In this document: positions 15,814-25,023 of the stretch, in pieces
Layout of the letters: each line of letters begins with the position of its first letter
Position numbering within the stretch: the first letter of the stretch is position 1
Virus record (IMG/VR): IMGVR_UViG_3300028831_000585
Span: 1 to 64,000 of that record
DNA length: 64,000 nucleotides
Direction: 5' to 3' (one strand)
From: a virus
Program-made: the position numbers and the translations under genes
Notes under the pieces: generated by a model
Seen by the model: the letters and a program-made list of their open reading frames with translations, nothing else
Told to the model about the DNA's origin: nothing
Database searches by the model: none

Positions 15814-16004
15814 TGGCCACCGAGCACAAGGCCGCCGAGCTGCCCGCGTTGTCCATCGTGGCGACCGACAAGGTGGCGTTCATCAAGAACTACCCCACCG
15901 CGTACTGCGAGTGGCGGGGCACGACCGGCGGCTACTACTCCAACGATCTTGTGCAGGCCATGCTGGAGAGCAACGCCACCGTCCTGCGGGTCGGTGCGCC
16001 ATGA
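15813..16004 (+). CDS. Hypothetical 63-aa protein
   Basis: Track ORF; TGATG overlap. Confidence 0.55.
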   Translation: MATEHKAAELPALSIVATDKVAFIKNYPTAYCEWRGTTGGYYSNDLVQAMLESNATVLRVGAP

Positions 16005-16708
16005 GCGAGATCGTCTGGTTCGGCATCAAGGGGGGCGGCTCGGAGGGCCGCACCCTTGACGGCCGTCTCTACCGGATCACCAGTCACAAGCTGGCCCCGC
16101 GCGTGACCGAGTTCCGCGCGTTCTCGGTCGACACCGAGAACCGGATGACCGCCCTGCCCCTGCCCGCCAGCAGCATGCTCGGCGTGCTTCAGGCCAAGGT
16201 CATCGACCACGCCTTTCCGCCCGCACCCGATAAGGAGGTGCCCGTGACCACCAAGGTCAAGGATCGGCCGCTCACCGTGGAGGAGATCGCGCTCTACCGC
16301 GACGTGCTCCGCTGGTGCAGGGCCAACAACGTCTTCTTCCAGCAGCACAACGGCCGGTGGATGGAGCCGACCGAGTACGAGACCATGCGCGGCCCGGTCG
16401 TCGGCCGCTCGGTCGAGATCTGGAACCACCACGGCACCTGGGAGCTCGGCATCGACGACCACGGCGGCAGCCGCACCCCCGACGTGACGTGGCACAAGGC
16501 GGTCAGCCTGACCAAGTCGATCGACCTGCTGGTGCATCTGGAGATGCTGCCGCCGCGCTTCCACTCGGCCTACCGGGCCGGCTGGCACGCCTGCAAGGTC
16601 TGGGAGCAGCACCCCGGTACCGCGCCGCGCGGCTGGGAGGACGAGTTCAAACGCCTGTTCCACGACCCCGCCAACATCAGCTTCCCTGCTGGGACGGAGA
16701 CCCGATGA
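16001..16708 (+). CDS. Hypothetical 235-aa protein with a C-terminal LPPRFHSAYRAGW motif
   Basis: ATGA overlap; G/C-ending codons. Confidence 0.65.
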   Translation: MSEIVWFGIKGGGSEGRTLDGRLYRITSHKLAPRVTEFRAFSVDTENRMTALPLPASSMLGVLQAKVIDHAFPPAPDKEVPVTTKVKDRPLTVEEIALYRDVLRWCRANNVFFQQHNGRWMEPTEYETMRGPVVGRSVEIWNHHGTWELGIDDHGGSRTPDVTWHKAVSLTKSIDLLVHLEMLPPRFHSAYRAGWHACKVWEQHPGTAPRGWEDEFKRLFHDPANISFPAGTETR

Positions 16709-17175
16709 CCGAGCAGCAGCGCGGCCTGACCGCGTCCGACTTCGCGCTGGTGCGCGCCATCGTGACGTGGCGACGCGAGCACGCCCACTCGTCCATGTAC
16801 CCGCGTGCCGAGTTCAGCACCAACCGGCCGTGGGGGCACTTCCTGAGCTGGACCGAGAGCTACCCGGTGCCGATCCGTGACCGCCGCGAGGTGGCCGTGG
16901 AGGTGGCATATCAGGGCAGCGCCGACCCCGAGGACCACCCCCGGCAGCTACTGCTGTCGCTGACCCGCAGGCACCCGGACAGCAGATGGAGTGTGGCTGT
17001 AGAGCCCACCTCGGTGACCGAGGCGGTCGACGCGCTGGTGGCCTTCGGCTTCCTGCCGGTGCGGTTCTCCTCGGCCTACCGGGCCGGGTGGGACATCGGC
17101 TGCGGGGATATGGAGCATCCGCTGCCTGCCGGTGCCGAGTTCGCGGCCGTCGTGCCGCGCGGGGGGAAGCGATGA
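16705..17175 (+). CDS. Hypothetical 156-aa protein with the paralogous C-terminal motif LPVRFSSAYRAGW
   Basis: ATGA overlap. Confidence 0.65.
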   Translation: MTEQQRGLTASDFALVRAIVTWRREHAHSSMYPRAEFSTNRPWGHFLSWTESYPVPIRDRREVAVEVAYQGSADPEDHPRQLLLSLTRRHPDSRWSVAVEPTSVTEAVDALVAFGFLPVRFSSAYRAGWDIGCGDMEHPLPAGAEFAAVVPRGGKR

Positions 17176-18254
17176 AGCCGGGCGAGCTGGTCACGCCGAC
17201 CGGGGTGCTCGTGCTGGGCACCGAGGCGATGCACGCCAACCGCGACATGTGGCTGGCGGCCCGGCGCTGGCGCCTGGCCGACCACATCGCCGTCACCATG
17301 CTGGACGCCATGCACCCGCGCGAGCGCAAGGCGCACGGCTACCGGATCGGATCCTCGGACGTGCCGTCGATCCTGGACGTGGAAGGCGTGGACACGCCGG
17401 CGCACGTCTACCGGGACAAGGTGCTCGGCGTCAGCACCCGGGCCAACGAGGCCATGCAGTGGGGGCACCTGCTGGAGGACTCGATCGCCGCCGAATGGTG
17501 CCGCCGCAACCGGGCCGTCATCGACGAGATCGGGCTGGTCGCCCACCACCTGACGCCGTGGAACCAGTCGACCATCGACCGCCGGGTGCGCGAGTGTCCG
17601 ACCGTCAGCGGCATGACCGACCGGTGCGGGCTGGAAGTCAAGAACGTCGGCTTCCACTCGGCGTCGCGCTGGCACGCCGACCTGCCCGACCGGATCATCG
17701 CCCAGATCGTGCACCAGCTCTACGTCACCGGCTACGACCACATGCACTACGCCGCGCTGGTCGGCGGCAACACGATGAAGCAGGGCATCGTCTGGTTCGA
17801 TCGCGAAACCGACCTGATGGCCTTCATCATCGCCGAGGTCGAGAAGTTCCGGACCAATCACCTGCTGGCCGGGGTGGAGCCGGAGTGGAACGTCACCGAC
17901 AAGGCGGCCAAGATGATCGCCCTGGACATGGCCACCCACCCGGAGAAGGTCGGCGAGATCGACGTGCAGGACGTCGGCTGGGTGATGGAGTACGCGCAGG
18001 CGGCCGCCGAGGAGTCGGCCGCCAAACGGCGCAAGGAGCAGGCGAAGGCCCGGCTGGCCCAGATGGCCGACGGCAAGCAGTTCGTCAAGTTCTCCGGCGA
18101 GCTCGCCTACCGCTACGGCGGCCAGACCCGGACCAAGGTGAATCTGGAGCGACTGGCCGAGAAGTACCCGCAGGTCTACGCCGACGAGGACGTGGTCAGC
18201 GAGGGCACCAGCTACACGCTCTACATCGACAAGGCCTACAGGGTGAAGAGGTGA
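17172..18254 (+). CDS. YqaJ-like viral recombinase-domain exonuclease (lambda Exo type, PD-(D/E)XK)
   Basis: IGSSDVPSIL, WGHLLEDSIA and GLEVKNV...QLYVTGYD motifs; sits upstream of the ERF gene. Confidence 0.75.
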   Translation: MKPGELVTPTGVLVLGTEAMHANRDMWLAARRWRLADHIAVTMLDAMHPRERKAHGYRIGSSDVPSILDVEGVDTPAHVYRDKVLGVSTRANEAMQWGHLLEDSIAAEWCRRNRAVIDEIGLVAHHLTPWNQSTIDRRVRECPTVSGMTDRCGLEVKNVGFHSASRWHADLPDRIIAQIVHQLYVTGYDHMHYAALVGGNTMKQGIVWFDRETDLMAFIIAEVEKFRTNHLLAGVEPEWNVTDKAAKMIALDMATHPEKVGEIDVQDVGWVMEYAQAAAEESAAKRRKEQAKARLAQMADGKQFVKFSGELAYRYGGQTRTKVNLERLAEKYPQVYADEDVVSEGTSYTLYIDKAYRVKR

Positions 18255-18259
18255 GCACG

Positions 18260-19138
18260 ATGACCAAGACGGAGACGCTGCACCTGCCGGAGATCCTGCG
18301 GGCCCGGCGCGAGGACATCGCCGGGCAGGCCGAGTGCGAGGGCTGCGGCACCACGCTGGAAGAGTGCAACCGGCTGGCTGCCGAGAACACCGACCCGACC
18401 GCGCCGCCATGGTTCGGCTGCTGCGCCATGGGCACCGCGATGGGACCGTGCAGCCACCGGCCCCGCGCCGACCTGCTGTCCGACCTGCTGAAGGAGATCG
18501 AGTCGGGCACCATCCGGACCGCCGGCGAGGTGCGGGCCGAGCGGGAGGCCAAGGCCGCGAAGACCCGGGACCGGCGCGAGGCCGCCACCCCGCCGGGCGC
18601 GCACCGGCCGCTCGGCTGGTCCGGTCTGTTCGGTCAGGGCGAGTGGTGGAAGACCAGGGACGGCCGCTGGATCAAGGTCGCCGACATGGAGGAGTCGCAC
18701 CGGGCCAACACCGTCCGGTTCCTCGCCCGCCGTGCCCGCGGGTACGCCGACCGGGTTGCCTTCGGCCTCGTGCTCTCCGTCGGCGACGCGCCGGAGGACG
18801 TGGTCGACGCGGTGCTCGGCGAGCAGGAGGAGATGCGCCGCAACCCCGGCAAGTGGATCGTCGGTACCGCGCTCTACCGCGCGCTGGCGGCCGGGCTGCC
18901 CGAGCCGTGGGGTGACGAGCTCGAGACGGTGCCGGCCGCCGACCACCCGTTCCACGGTCTCGGCCGCACCTGCTCCATGCCGGTGGAGGGCGTCGGCGAC
19001 GACTTCATCCGGTGCGGCCGTCTCGGCGACGAGCACCCCATGCCGTCGGTCGGCGAGGTGGTCGGCCCGGACGAGGTGGACGACGACGGGCCGGAACTGG
19101 ATGGCGCCGACGGCGGCTACTACGGGAGTGATCAGTGA
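18260..19138 (+). CDS. Hypothetical 292-aa protein
   Basis: ATG 9 nt after GAGG; in-frame GTG alternative at 18251. Confidence 0.6.
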   Translation: MTKTETLHLPEILRARREDIAGQAECEGCGTTLEECNRLAAENTDPTAPPWFGCCAMGTAMGPCSHRPRADLLSDLLKEIESGTIRTAGEVRAEREAKAAKTRDRREAATPPGAHRPLGWSGLFGQGEWWKTRDGRWIKVADMEESHRANTVRFLARRARGYADRVAFGLVLSVGDAPEDVVDAVLGEQEEMRRNPGKWIVGTALYRALAAGLPEPWGDELETVPAADHPFHGLGRTCSMPVEGVGDDFIRCGRLGDEHPMPSVGEVVGPDEVDDDGPELDGADGGYYGSDQ

Positions 19139-20034
19139 CGCAGTGGTGGACGGGCAACTGCGTGCCCTACGACCTGGAGACGGACGACAAGGAGCCGGAT
19201 GACGCCCGGATCATCCAGTGGTGTGTCGGCCGGGTGCACGCGGCTGCCGAGCAGGCGGCCCGGTTTGAGTCGTGGTCTGGGCTGGTCAAGCCGGAGCGGC
19301 CGATCCCGGACGAGGCGGCCGGCGTGCACGGGATCAGCACCGAGCGGGCCGAGGCCGAGGGGGAGGAGCGCGTGGTGGCCGTCGCCCAGATGGCCGCGCG
19401 CCTCGCCGCCGCGGCCGGGGACGGCGTGCCGGTGGTCGGGCACAACCTCGCCTACGACTTCACCGTGCTGGACCGGGAGATGCGGCGGCTCGGCATCGGG
19501 TCGCTCGGGGTGGAGGCCAACGAGTTCGGCCGCCTCGGCTGGGTGACCGTCCGGGCGGACGGCCGCCAGATCGGGGCGTTCCCGGCCATCGACACGATGG
19601 TGCTGGACAAGGCGGTCGACCCGTTCCGGCCGGGCCCGCGCGGCCCGGACGGCGAGAAGCTGGGCGGTGGCCGGAAGCTGACCTACGTCACCGAGCTCTA
19701 CGGCGTGCCCATCTGGGGCGACGCGCACGACGCCTCGGCTGACGCGTACGGTGCCGCCCGGCTGGCCTGGGCGATCGCCCGTCGGTGCTCGATGCCGCCG
19801 GTCGAACTGCACCGCATCTACCAGGGCCGCCGGAGCCCGCACGAGATCGTGCAGTCGTTCGGCCGGCTGGCGCTCTACGACCTGCCTAACCTGCACGCGT
19901 GGCAGATCAAGCAGGCTGCACAGCAGGCGGCCGGCCTGCGCGAGTACTTCGCCAAGTCGGGCGAAGGCGACCCGACCACGGTCAGCGGCGAGTGGCCGCT
20001 GCGCACCATCGGAGAGAAAGAGGTACGGGCATGA
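19135..20034 (+). CDS. DnaQ-like DEDD 3'-5' exonuclease
   Basis: YDLETD, VVGHNLAYDFTVL and HDASADA motifs. Confidence 0.75.
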   Translation: MTQWWTGNCVPYDLETDDKEPDDARIIQWCVGRVHAAAEQAARFESWSGLVKPERPIPDEAAGVHGISTERAEAEGEERVVAVAQMAARLAAAAGDGVPVVGHNLAYDFTVLDREMRRLGIGSLGVEANEFGRLGWVTVRADGRQIGAFPAIDTMVLDKAVDPFRPGPRGPDGEKLGGGRKLTYVTELYGVPIWGDAHDASADAYGAARLAWAIARRCSMPPVELHRIYQGRRSPHEIVQSFGRLALYDLPNLHAWQIKQAAQQAAGLREYFAKSGEGDPTTVSGEWPLRTIGEKEVRA

Positions 20035-20798
20035 CCAGTCTTCGCGAGCGGGCCGAGCAGGCCGGGCAGCAGATCGGCGAGCAGGTGGCCGAGGAGGTCC
20101 GGGCGGCGGCCGCGCCCCTGCCCGAGGTGGACGTGGACACCTCGGGCGTGCCCGCCGACCTGAACGTCAACGTGCATCTCGCCTGGGCGGCCGTCATGGC
20201 CGACGTGCAGGCGGTCGGCAAGGGCGACAAGCGGCAGGACGCCGGGGGCCGCTACAACTTCCGCGGCATCGACCGCATCCTGAACGCGGTCGGCCCGGCG
20301 CTGCGCAAGCACGGGGTGGCGGTCATCCCGGAGAAGACGGCCGCCGAGTACAGCACCTTCACCACCGGCGGCAACAAGCAGATGCGGCTGTGCACGGTCA
20401 CCGTTGACTTCCGGGTGTACGGCCCGCGCGGCGACAGTTTCCCGATGCAGGTGGTCGGCGAGGCGTTCGACGCGGGCGACAAGGCGGCGCCGAAGGCGCA
20501 GAGCGTGGCGCTGCGGGTCGCGCTGATCAACGCCCTGGCCATCCCCACCGAGGACCCGGCCATGGATGCCGACCGCAACTCCTACGAGATCGCGGCGCCG
20601 AAACCGCCCACCGCCGAGGAGTACGCGCGGGTGATCGAGAGCGAGAACACGTCGATCAACCGGCTGCTCCAGATCCGCAGCGAGCTCGGCCAGCACCCGG
20701 ACATCGCGCAGACGATGGTCACCATGCTGGACGGCACCGAGATCAAGCTGGGCGACCTGCTTCAGCGGGTCGGTCGGCAGCGGCAGGCGGCCAAGTGA
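20031..20798 (+). CDS. erf: ERF-family single-strand annealing protein
   Basis: YNFRGIDRILNAVGPALRKHGV...KAQSVALRVAL pattern. Confidence 0.7.
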   Translation: MTSLRERAEQAGQQIGEQVAEEVRAAAAPLPEVDVDTSGVPADLNVNVHLAWAAVMADVQAVGKGDKRQDAGGRYNFRGIDRILNAVGPALRKHGVAVIPEKTAAEYSTFTTGGNKQMRLCTVTVDFRVYGPRGDSFPMQVVGEAFDAGDKAAPKAQSVALRVALINALAIPTEDPAMDADRNSYEIAAPKPPTAEEYARVIESENTSINRLLQIRSELGQHPDIAQTMVTMLDGTEIKLGDLLQRVGRQRQAAK

Positions 20799-21175
20799 CC
20801 GGCGACGGCCCGCCGTCGTTCGCCGACGCCTCGAGCCGAGCGGCCAACCGTCCGGCTTTCGGCAACGGCCATGAGGGCGAGACCTGGATGGGTGCCTGGT
20901 GCGGCACCTGCGTCTTCGGCGAGGGCGGCGACGGCTGCGCGCTGGCCGTGATCGCCCTGCTGGGCGAAACACCGGCCGAGTGGGTGGGGCGGGTGCCGAG
21001 CGGTCTGGTCACCCGGTACGAGTGCACCGTCTACCGGCCGGAGCGGGCCGACCGGGATGTCCGGGTGTACGCGGCCACCATGCCGGCGTGGCAGAAGGCG
21101 GTGGCTGTTCCGCCGGGCGAGCACCTGAACTGCGCGCACGACCCGCAGGCCACCGGAGCCCGGACGTGTCCATGA
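20795..21175 (+). CDS. Hypothetical Cys-rich 126-aa protein
   Basis: Track ORF; GTGA overlap. Confidence 0.55.
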   Translation: MTGDGPPSFADASSRAANRPAFGNGHEGETWMGAWCGTCVFGEGGDGCALAVIALLGETPAEWVGRVPSGLVTRYECTVYRPERADRDVRVYAATMPAWQKAVAVPPGEHLNCAHDPQATGARTCP

Positions 21176-21230
21176 TCTGCGCGCTGCCGAAGAGCGGTAC
21201 CGCGCCGAAGCTGTCGGGTGGTGACTCCTG

Positions 21231-21599
21231 ATGGCCATTGTGATCAAGCCAGAGCGCGACGTCGACTTCTACGTCGGCTGGTCGAACATCGTGGAGTGCC
21301 CTGTCTGGTGGGGTACGCGCGCCGAGGCAACCCAATACCTGGAGGAAGACCGTCAGCGACGGGGCGGGATGGACGACCTTCCGGAGGTGCGCCTGGCCCG
21401 AGCCGACGAGCACGGCACCTCGGACATGAGCATCCGCGACGGCGGCTGGGACGACGAGGGGTTCATCTATGAGCAGCGCGGATGGCTCCGACGTGACCGC
21501 CTGGTCGAGGCGTGCCGCCGCCTGGCGGCGAACGACGAGACCGGTGTCTGGGACCTTTTGGACCCGTTCGACGGCGAAGCCGAGGTGCGCCGTGGCTGA
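21231..21599 (+). CDS. Hypothetical 122-aa protein
   Basis: Track ORF. Confidence 0.6.
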   Translation: MAIVIKPERDVDFYVGWSNIVECPVWWGTRAEATQYLEEDRQRRGGMDDLPEVRLARADEHGTSDMSIRDGGWDDEGFIYEQRGWLRRDRLVEACRRLAANDETGVWDLLDPFDGEAEVRRG

Positions 21600-21668
21600 G
21601 CAGCAGTGCGTGACTTCCGGTTCGAGTCCGCGTCCACCCGGCGCGTAAGCTAACGTCACAACGTTGCG

Positions 21669-21702
21669 TGTCCCCCCAGTCAGAACTAGACTGGGGGGAC
21701 AC
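21669..21702. promoter_or_regulatory. Inverted repeat GTCCCCCCAGTC / GACTGGGGGGAC, a variant of the GGGGGTAC promoter box
   Basis: 12-bp arms separated by about 8 nt and preceded by CAACGTTG; lies between two rightward genes. Confidence 0.4.
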
Positions 21703-21733
21703 TTCTCTTTCACCTTCAGGAGGCCGGGCACCT

Positions 21734-21985
21734 ATGCCGCTCACACCGAAACACAGCATGCGCATCCCCGACGAGATCTGGCTGCCGGCCGTCGACATGG
21801 CCGAGGAGATCGCCCGGCTGGGCGTCCGCGGCGACAAGGAGTCGTTCGCCGTCGTCGACATCGTCCGCCGCGCGCTCGCGCCGTGCGCGCACGAGACCCC
21901 CGCCGAGACCATGCTCCGGCTCGGCATGCACGACGAGCTGGCCGCGCTCGGTCACGCCGACGCTCCGGCCGCAGCCGATGCCTGA
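21734..21985 (+). CDS. Hypothetical 83-aa protein
   Basis: ATG after CAGGAGG. Confidence 0.55.
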   Translation: MPLTPKHSMRIPDEIWLPAVDMAEEIARLGVRGDKESFAVVDIVRRALAPCAHETPAETMLRLGMHDELAALGHADAPAAADA

Positions 21986-23846
21986 GATCACCCTGCCGGA
22001 CATCCCCGGACCTCCGGTGCTGGTCTCCCTGTTCGACGGTATCGGCGGTTTCCCGCTGGCGTTCTCCCGCGTCGGCGTCCGCACCGTCGTCACCGTGGAG
22101 ATCGACAAGCAGGCGGCAGGCGTCGCCGCCGAGCACTACCCCGACGCCGTCCACTACACCGATGTCAAGGAGGTGACCGGTGCCGACCTTCTCGCAGCCG
22201 GATTTGATCCCCGGACCGGACGTATCACTGCCGGATTCCCCTGCCAGGATCTCTCCTTGGCGGGACGTCGCATGGGGCTGGGTGGGGCACGTTCTGGCCT
22301 CTACTTCGAGATCATGCGGCTCCTTGACGAGGTTTTCCAGCTCACCGGTGTTCGGCCTCGGTGGGTCATCCTGGAGAACGTCCCTGGCCTCTTGTCGTCG
22401 GTCTGCCCCTGCCCTGGGGGGGGGATCTGCGGACGACGCGTCACCGCCTGCGCCAACGGCTCTCACACTGTTCCCGGTGGGGCCTGCGGACGACGACGCC
22501 GAGGTGATCGAGGCCGGTGCATCGAGATCCACGGGGGTGCAATGGGTGCCGTCCTCGGGGAGCTGGCTGAACGCGGGTATGGGTACGCCTACCGAGTGCT
22601 GGACGCTCAGCACTTCGGAGTCCCCCAGCGGCGCCGTCGCGTCGTCATTGTCGCGAATTCTGGAGACTGGCACGCACCTGCTGAAGTACTGCTTGAGCCC
22701 CAAGGCGGCGTCGGGGATTCTGCGCCGGGCCGAGCGCAGGCAGCGCGAACTGCCCGCATCCTTGGCGGCAGCATTGCGGTCGTTGGCGGACGCGGGGTCA
22801 TCGCCAACGCCTTGACCGCCAACATGGCCGGCGGCGGGGGGGGTGCGGACGACAACACCGCACAGGGCGGCCGCCTGGTCCCGGAGCTGGCCGACACGCT
22901 GGTGGCGCGCAACGCCAAAGGCTCGCCGACCAGCAACGGCGACGGCTTCACGCTGATCCAGACGACCGGATCGCTGACCACGGCCGGTGGCGGACCGGAC
23001 GAGAACAGGGCGGCGGTCGGGCATATCATCCCGTTCAACGAGGTGCAGATCACCCACCCCGACAACCGCTCCCGGCCGGAGCCCGGCGATCCGTCGCCGA
23101 CGCTGGACCCCGGCGGCCGGATGGACGTGGCGTACGCGCTGCGCCGCGACCCGGGCGGCACCGGGCAGGGCCACAACACCAACTACGTGGTCGCTGACGC
23201 CGAGGTCTACCAGGGTCACGGCGGCAACGTCGGCCCGATGGGGACGCTGCGGGCCGGCGAGGGCACCGTCCAGTCGGGCGTGCCGTTCACCGTCACCGGC
23301 ACGGTCACGCACGCGCTGACCAGCGAGGGGGCTGACGCCAGCGAGGACGGCACCGGCCGGGGGACGCCGATCATCGCCGACACGGTGACCGCCAAGTGGG
23401 CGACCGGTTCGGGCGGTCCGGCCGGCGACGAGGTGCAGAACCTGGCGCCGGTGGCGTTCGGGCACACCAACGGGATGGACCCGCAGGCCAGCGAACACCT
23501 TGCGCCGACCATGCGGGCCAGGCACCACGTCGGCGGCGGATCGGTGATGCAGCCGATCCCCGCACCGGACGCCGACGCGTACCGGCCGGACGCCGAGCAA
23601 TGGCCGTCCGGCGGTGTGGACCCGTACAGCGGCGACCTGCCCGGCACGGCCGTCCGCCGGTTGACGCCGGTGGAGTGCGAGCGGTTGCAGGGCTACCCGG
23701 ACGGGTGGACCGCCGTCTCGGCCGGGAAGCCGCAGGCCGACAGCTCGCGCTACCGGCAGCTCGGCAACTCGATCGCCGTCCCCGTCTTCGAGTGGGTGGC
23801 GCTCGGCATTCAGGAGTTCGACGAGGCGAAGGAGAGCGCCAGATGA
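21978..23846 (+). CDS. dcm: DNA (cytosine-5)-methyltransferase with a Cys-rich insertion and a long target-recognition region
   Basis: Motifs FDGIGG, FPCQDLS, ENVPGLL, GVPQRRRRV, RRLTPVECERLQGYPDGWT and GNSIAVPV. Contains G9 and G8 homopolymer runs. Confidence 0.85.
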   Translation: MPEITLPDIPGPPVLVSLFDGIGGFPLAFSRVGVRTVVTVEIDKQAAGVAAEHYPDAVHYTDVKEVTGADLLAAGFDPRTGRITAGFPCQDLSLAGRRMGLGGARSGLYFEIMRLLDEVFQLTGVRPRWVILENVPGLLSSVCPCPGGGICGRRVTACANGSHTVPGGACGRRRRGDRGRCIEIHGGAMGAVLGELAERGYGYAYRVLDAQHFGVPQRRRRVVIVANSGDWHAPAEVLLEPQGGVGDSAPGRAQAARTARILGGSIAVVGGRGVIANALTANMAGGGGGADDNTAQGGRLVPELADTLVARNAKGSPTSNGDGFTLIQTTGSLTTAGGGPDENRAAVGHIIPFNEVQITHPDNRSRPEPGDPSPTLDPGGRMDVAYALRRDPGGTGQGHNTNYVVADAEVYQGHGGNVGPMGTLRAGEGTVQSGVPFTVTGTVTHALTSEGADASEDGTGRGTPIIADTVTAKWATGSGGPAGDEVQNLAPVAFGHTNGMDPQASEHLAPTMRARHHVGGGSVMQPIPAPDADAYRPDAEQWPSGGVDPYSGDLPGTAVRRLTPVECERLQGYPDGWTAVSAGKPQADSSRYRQLGNSIAVPVFEWVALGIQEFDEAKESAR

Positions 23847-24988
23847 TCAACGGTGAGATCAGTGTGCGGCCGGAAGAGTTCGCGGCCGCCGTCGGCTGGG
23901 TGGCCAAGTGGATCCAGGCGAAGCCGGCGATCCCCATCCAGGCGGGGATCGCGATCGAGGCCGGGCCCGGCGAGATCACGCTGACCGCGTACGGCGAGAA
24001 CGCGACCGCCCGCGCCAAGGTCAGCGCTGAGTCGCTGTCCACGGCCACCGGCCGGATGATCGTGTCCGGGCGACTGCTGGCCGCCCTGGCCGCCACCTTC
24101 GGCAAGCGCGACCCGGTCACCGTCACCGCCGACGGCGAAGGCTCGGTCCGGCTGAGCGCCGGCCGCTGGAGCGGCACCCTGCCCGCCTTCGCCGAGGCCG
24201 ACTGGCCCACCCTGCCGGACGCCCTGCCCGAGGTGGGCCGGGTGGTCGGCGACGACCTGGCGACCGCCGTGGAGCGGGTGGGGGCGGCCCGCGGCACCGA
24301 CCCCAAGGCGGGGGTCATGTTCATGCTGATGCACCTGCACTTCACCGGCGACCGGCTCGAGCTCGCCGCCACCGACCGCTACCGGTTCGCCCTCACCTCG
24401 GTGCCGGTCGACCTGGCGGGCAACCTGCCGTTCGACAGCCTCACCCCGTTCGCCGAGAACATGGTGGAGGCGGCCGGGGCGTTCGCCGGGCCCGGCCACG
24501 TCACCATCGGCGCCGAGCCGGGGTCGCTGTCGCTGACCGGTCCCCGGCGGCAGATCGTCATGCGGCTGGGCGCCAGCGACAAGCCCTGGCCGATCGACGC
24601 GCTGCACTCCTACATCACCTCGGCCATGGCCCAGGACGGCGAGGTGGAGCTGGCCCCCGACGAGATCGCCATGCCGCTGAAGCGGGCCGGGATCACCGGT
24701 GGCCGGGCCGGGCTGGCCCGGGTGCGGATCGAGCAGGACGCCCTGCTGATCGGCGGCGCCGGTGAGGGGGTGGACGGCGACGAGGAGGTGGCCGTGGAGT
24801 ACGCCGGCGAGAAGGCCGAAGGGTTCTTCAACGCCGGGTATTTCGGGGCCGCGTTCACCAGCGCGCCCGGCCGCAAGGTGCGGATCCGGTTCAGCACCGG
24901 CGGCGAGCAGATGCGCCTGCCGATCATCGCGTACTGCGAGGACGACCCGCACTGGCGCTACATCACCATGCCGGTGCGCCAGCTCTAG
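23843..24988 (+). CDS. dnaN: DNA polymerase III beta sliding clamp homologue
   Basis: 381 aa with a three-domain pattern; ATDRYRFA and C-terminal ITMPVRQL resemble DnaN. Confidence 0.8.
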   Translation: MINGEISVRPEEFAAAVGWVAKWIQAKPAIPIQAGIAIEAGPGEITLTAYGENATARAKVSAESLSTATGRMIVSGRLLAALAATFGKRDPVTVTADGEGSVRLSAGRWSGTLPAFAEADWPTLPDALPEVGRVVGDDLATAVERVGAARGTDPKAGVMFMLMHLHFTGDRLELAATDRYRFALTSVPVDLAGNLPFDSLTPFAENMVEAAGAFAGPGHVTIGAEPGSLSLTGPRRQIVMRLGASDKPWPIDALHSYITSAMAQDGEVELAPDEIAMPLKRAGITGGRAGLARVRIEQDALLIGGAGEGVDGDEEVAVEYAGEKAEGFFNAGYFGAAFTSAPGRKVRIRFSTGGEQMRLPIIAYCEDDPHWRYITMPVRQL

Positions 24989-24998
24989 AAGACGGACA

Positions 24999-25023
24999 GG
25001 CCGGGGGTGAGCGACCCCCGGCC
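24999..25023 (+). terminator. Stem-loop after the clamp gene
   Basis: GGCCGGGGG-TGAGCGA-CCCCCGGCC. Confidence 0.5.

Noticed and set aside
21172-21231. A 19-codon ORF bridging two genes with ATGA and TGATG overlaps.
   Set aside because: It is too short to support. It may only reflect the frame structure of the spacer.
21615-21650. The segment CCGGTTCGAGTCCGCGTCCACCCG, which resembles the T-loop and 3' acceptor half of a tRNA and so might be an att core.
   Set aside because: The T-stem has a mismatch. There is no matching 5' half, no integrase nearby, and I could not find a second copy in the window. It is probably a chance resemblance.
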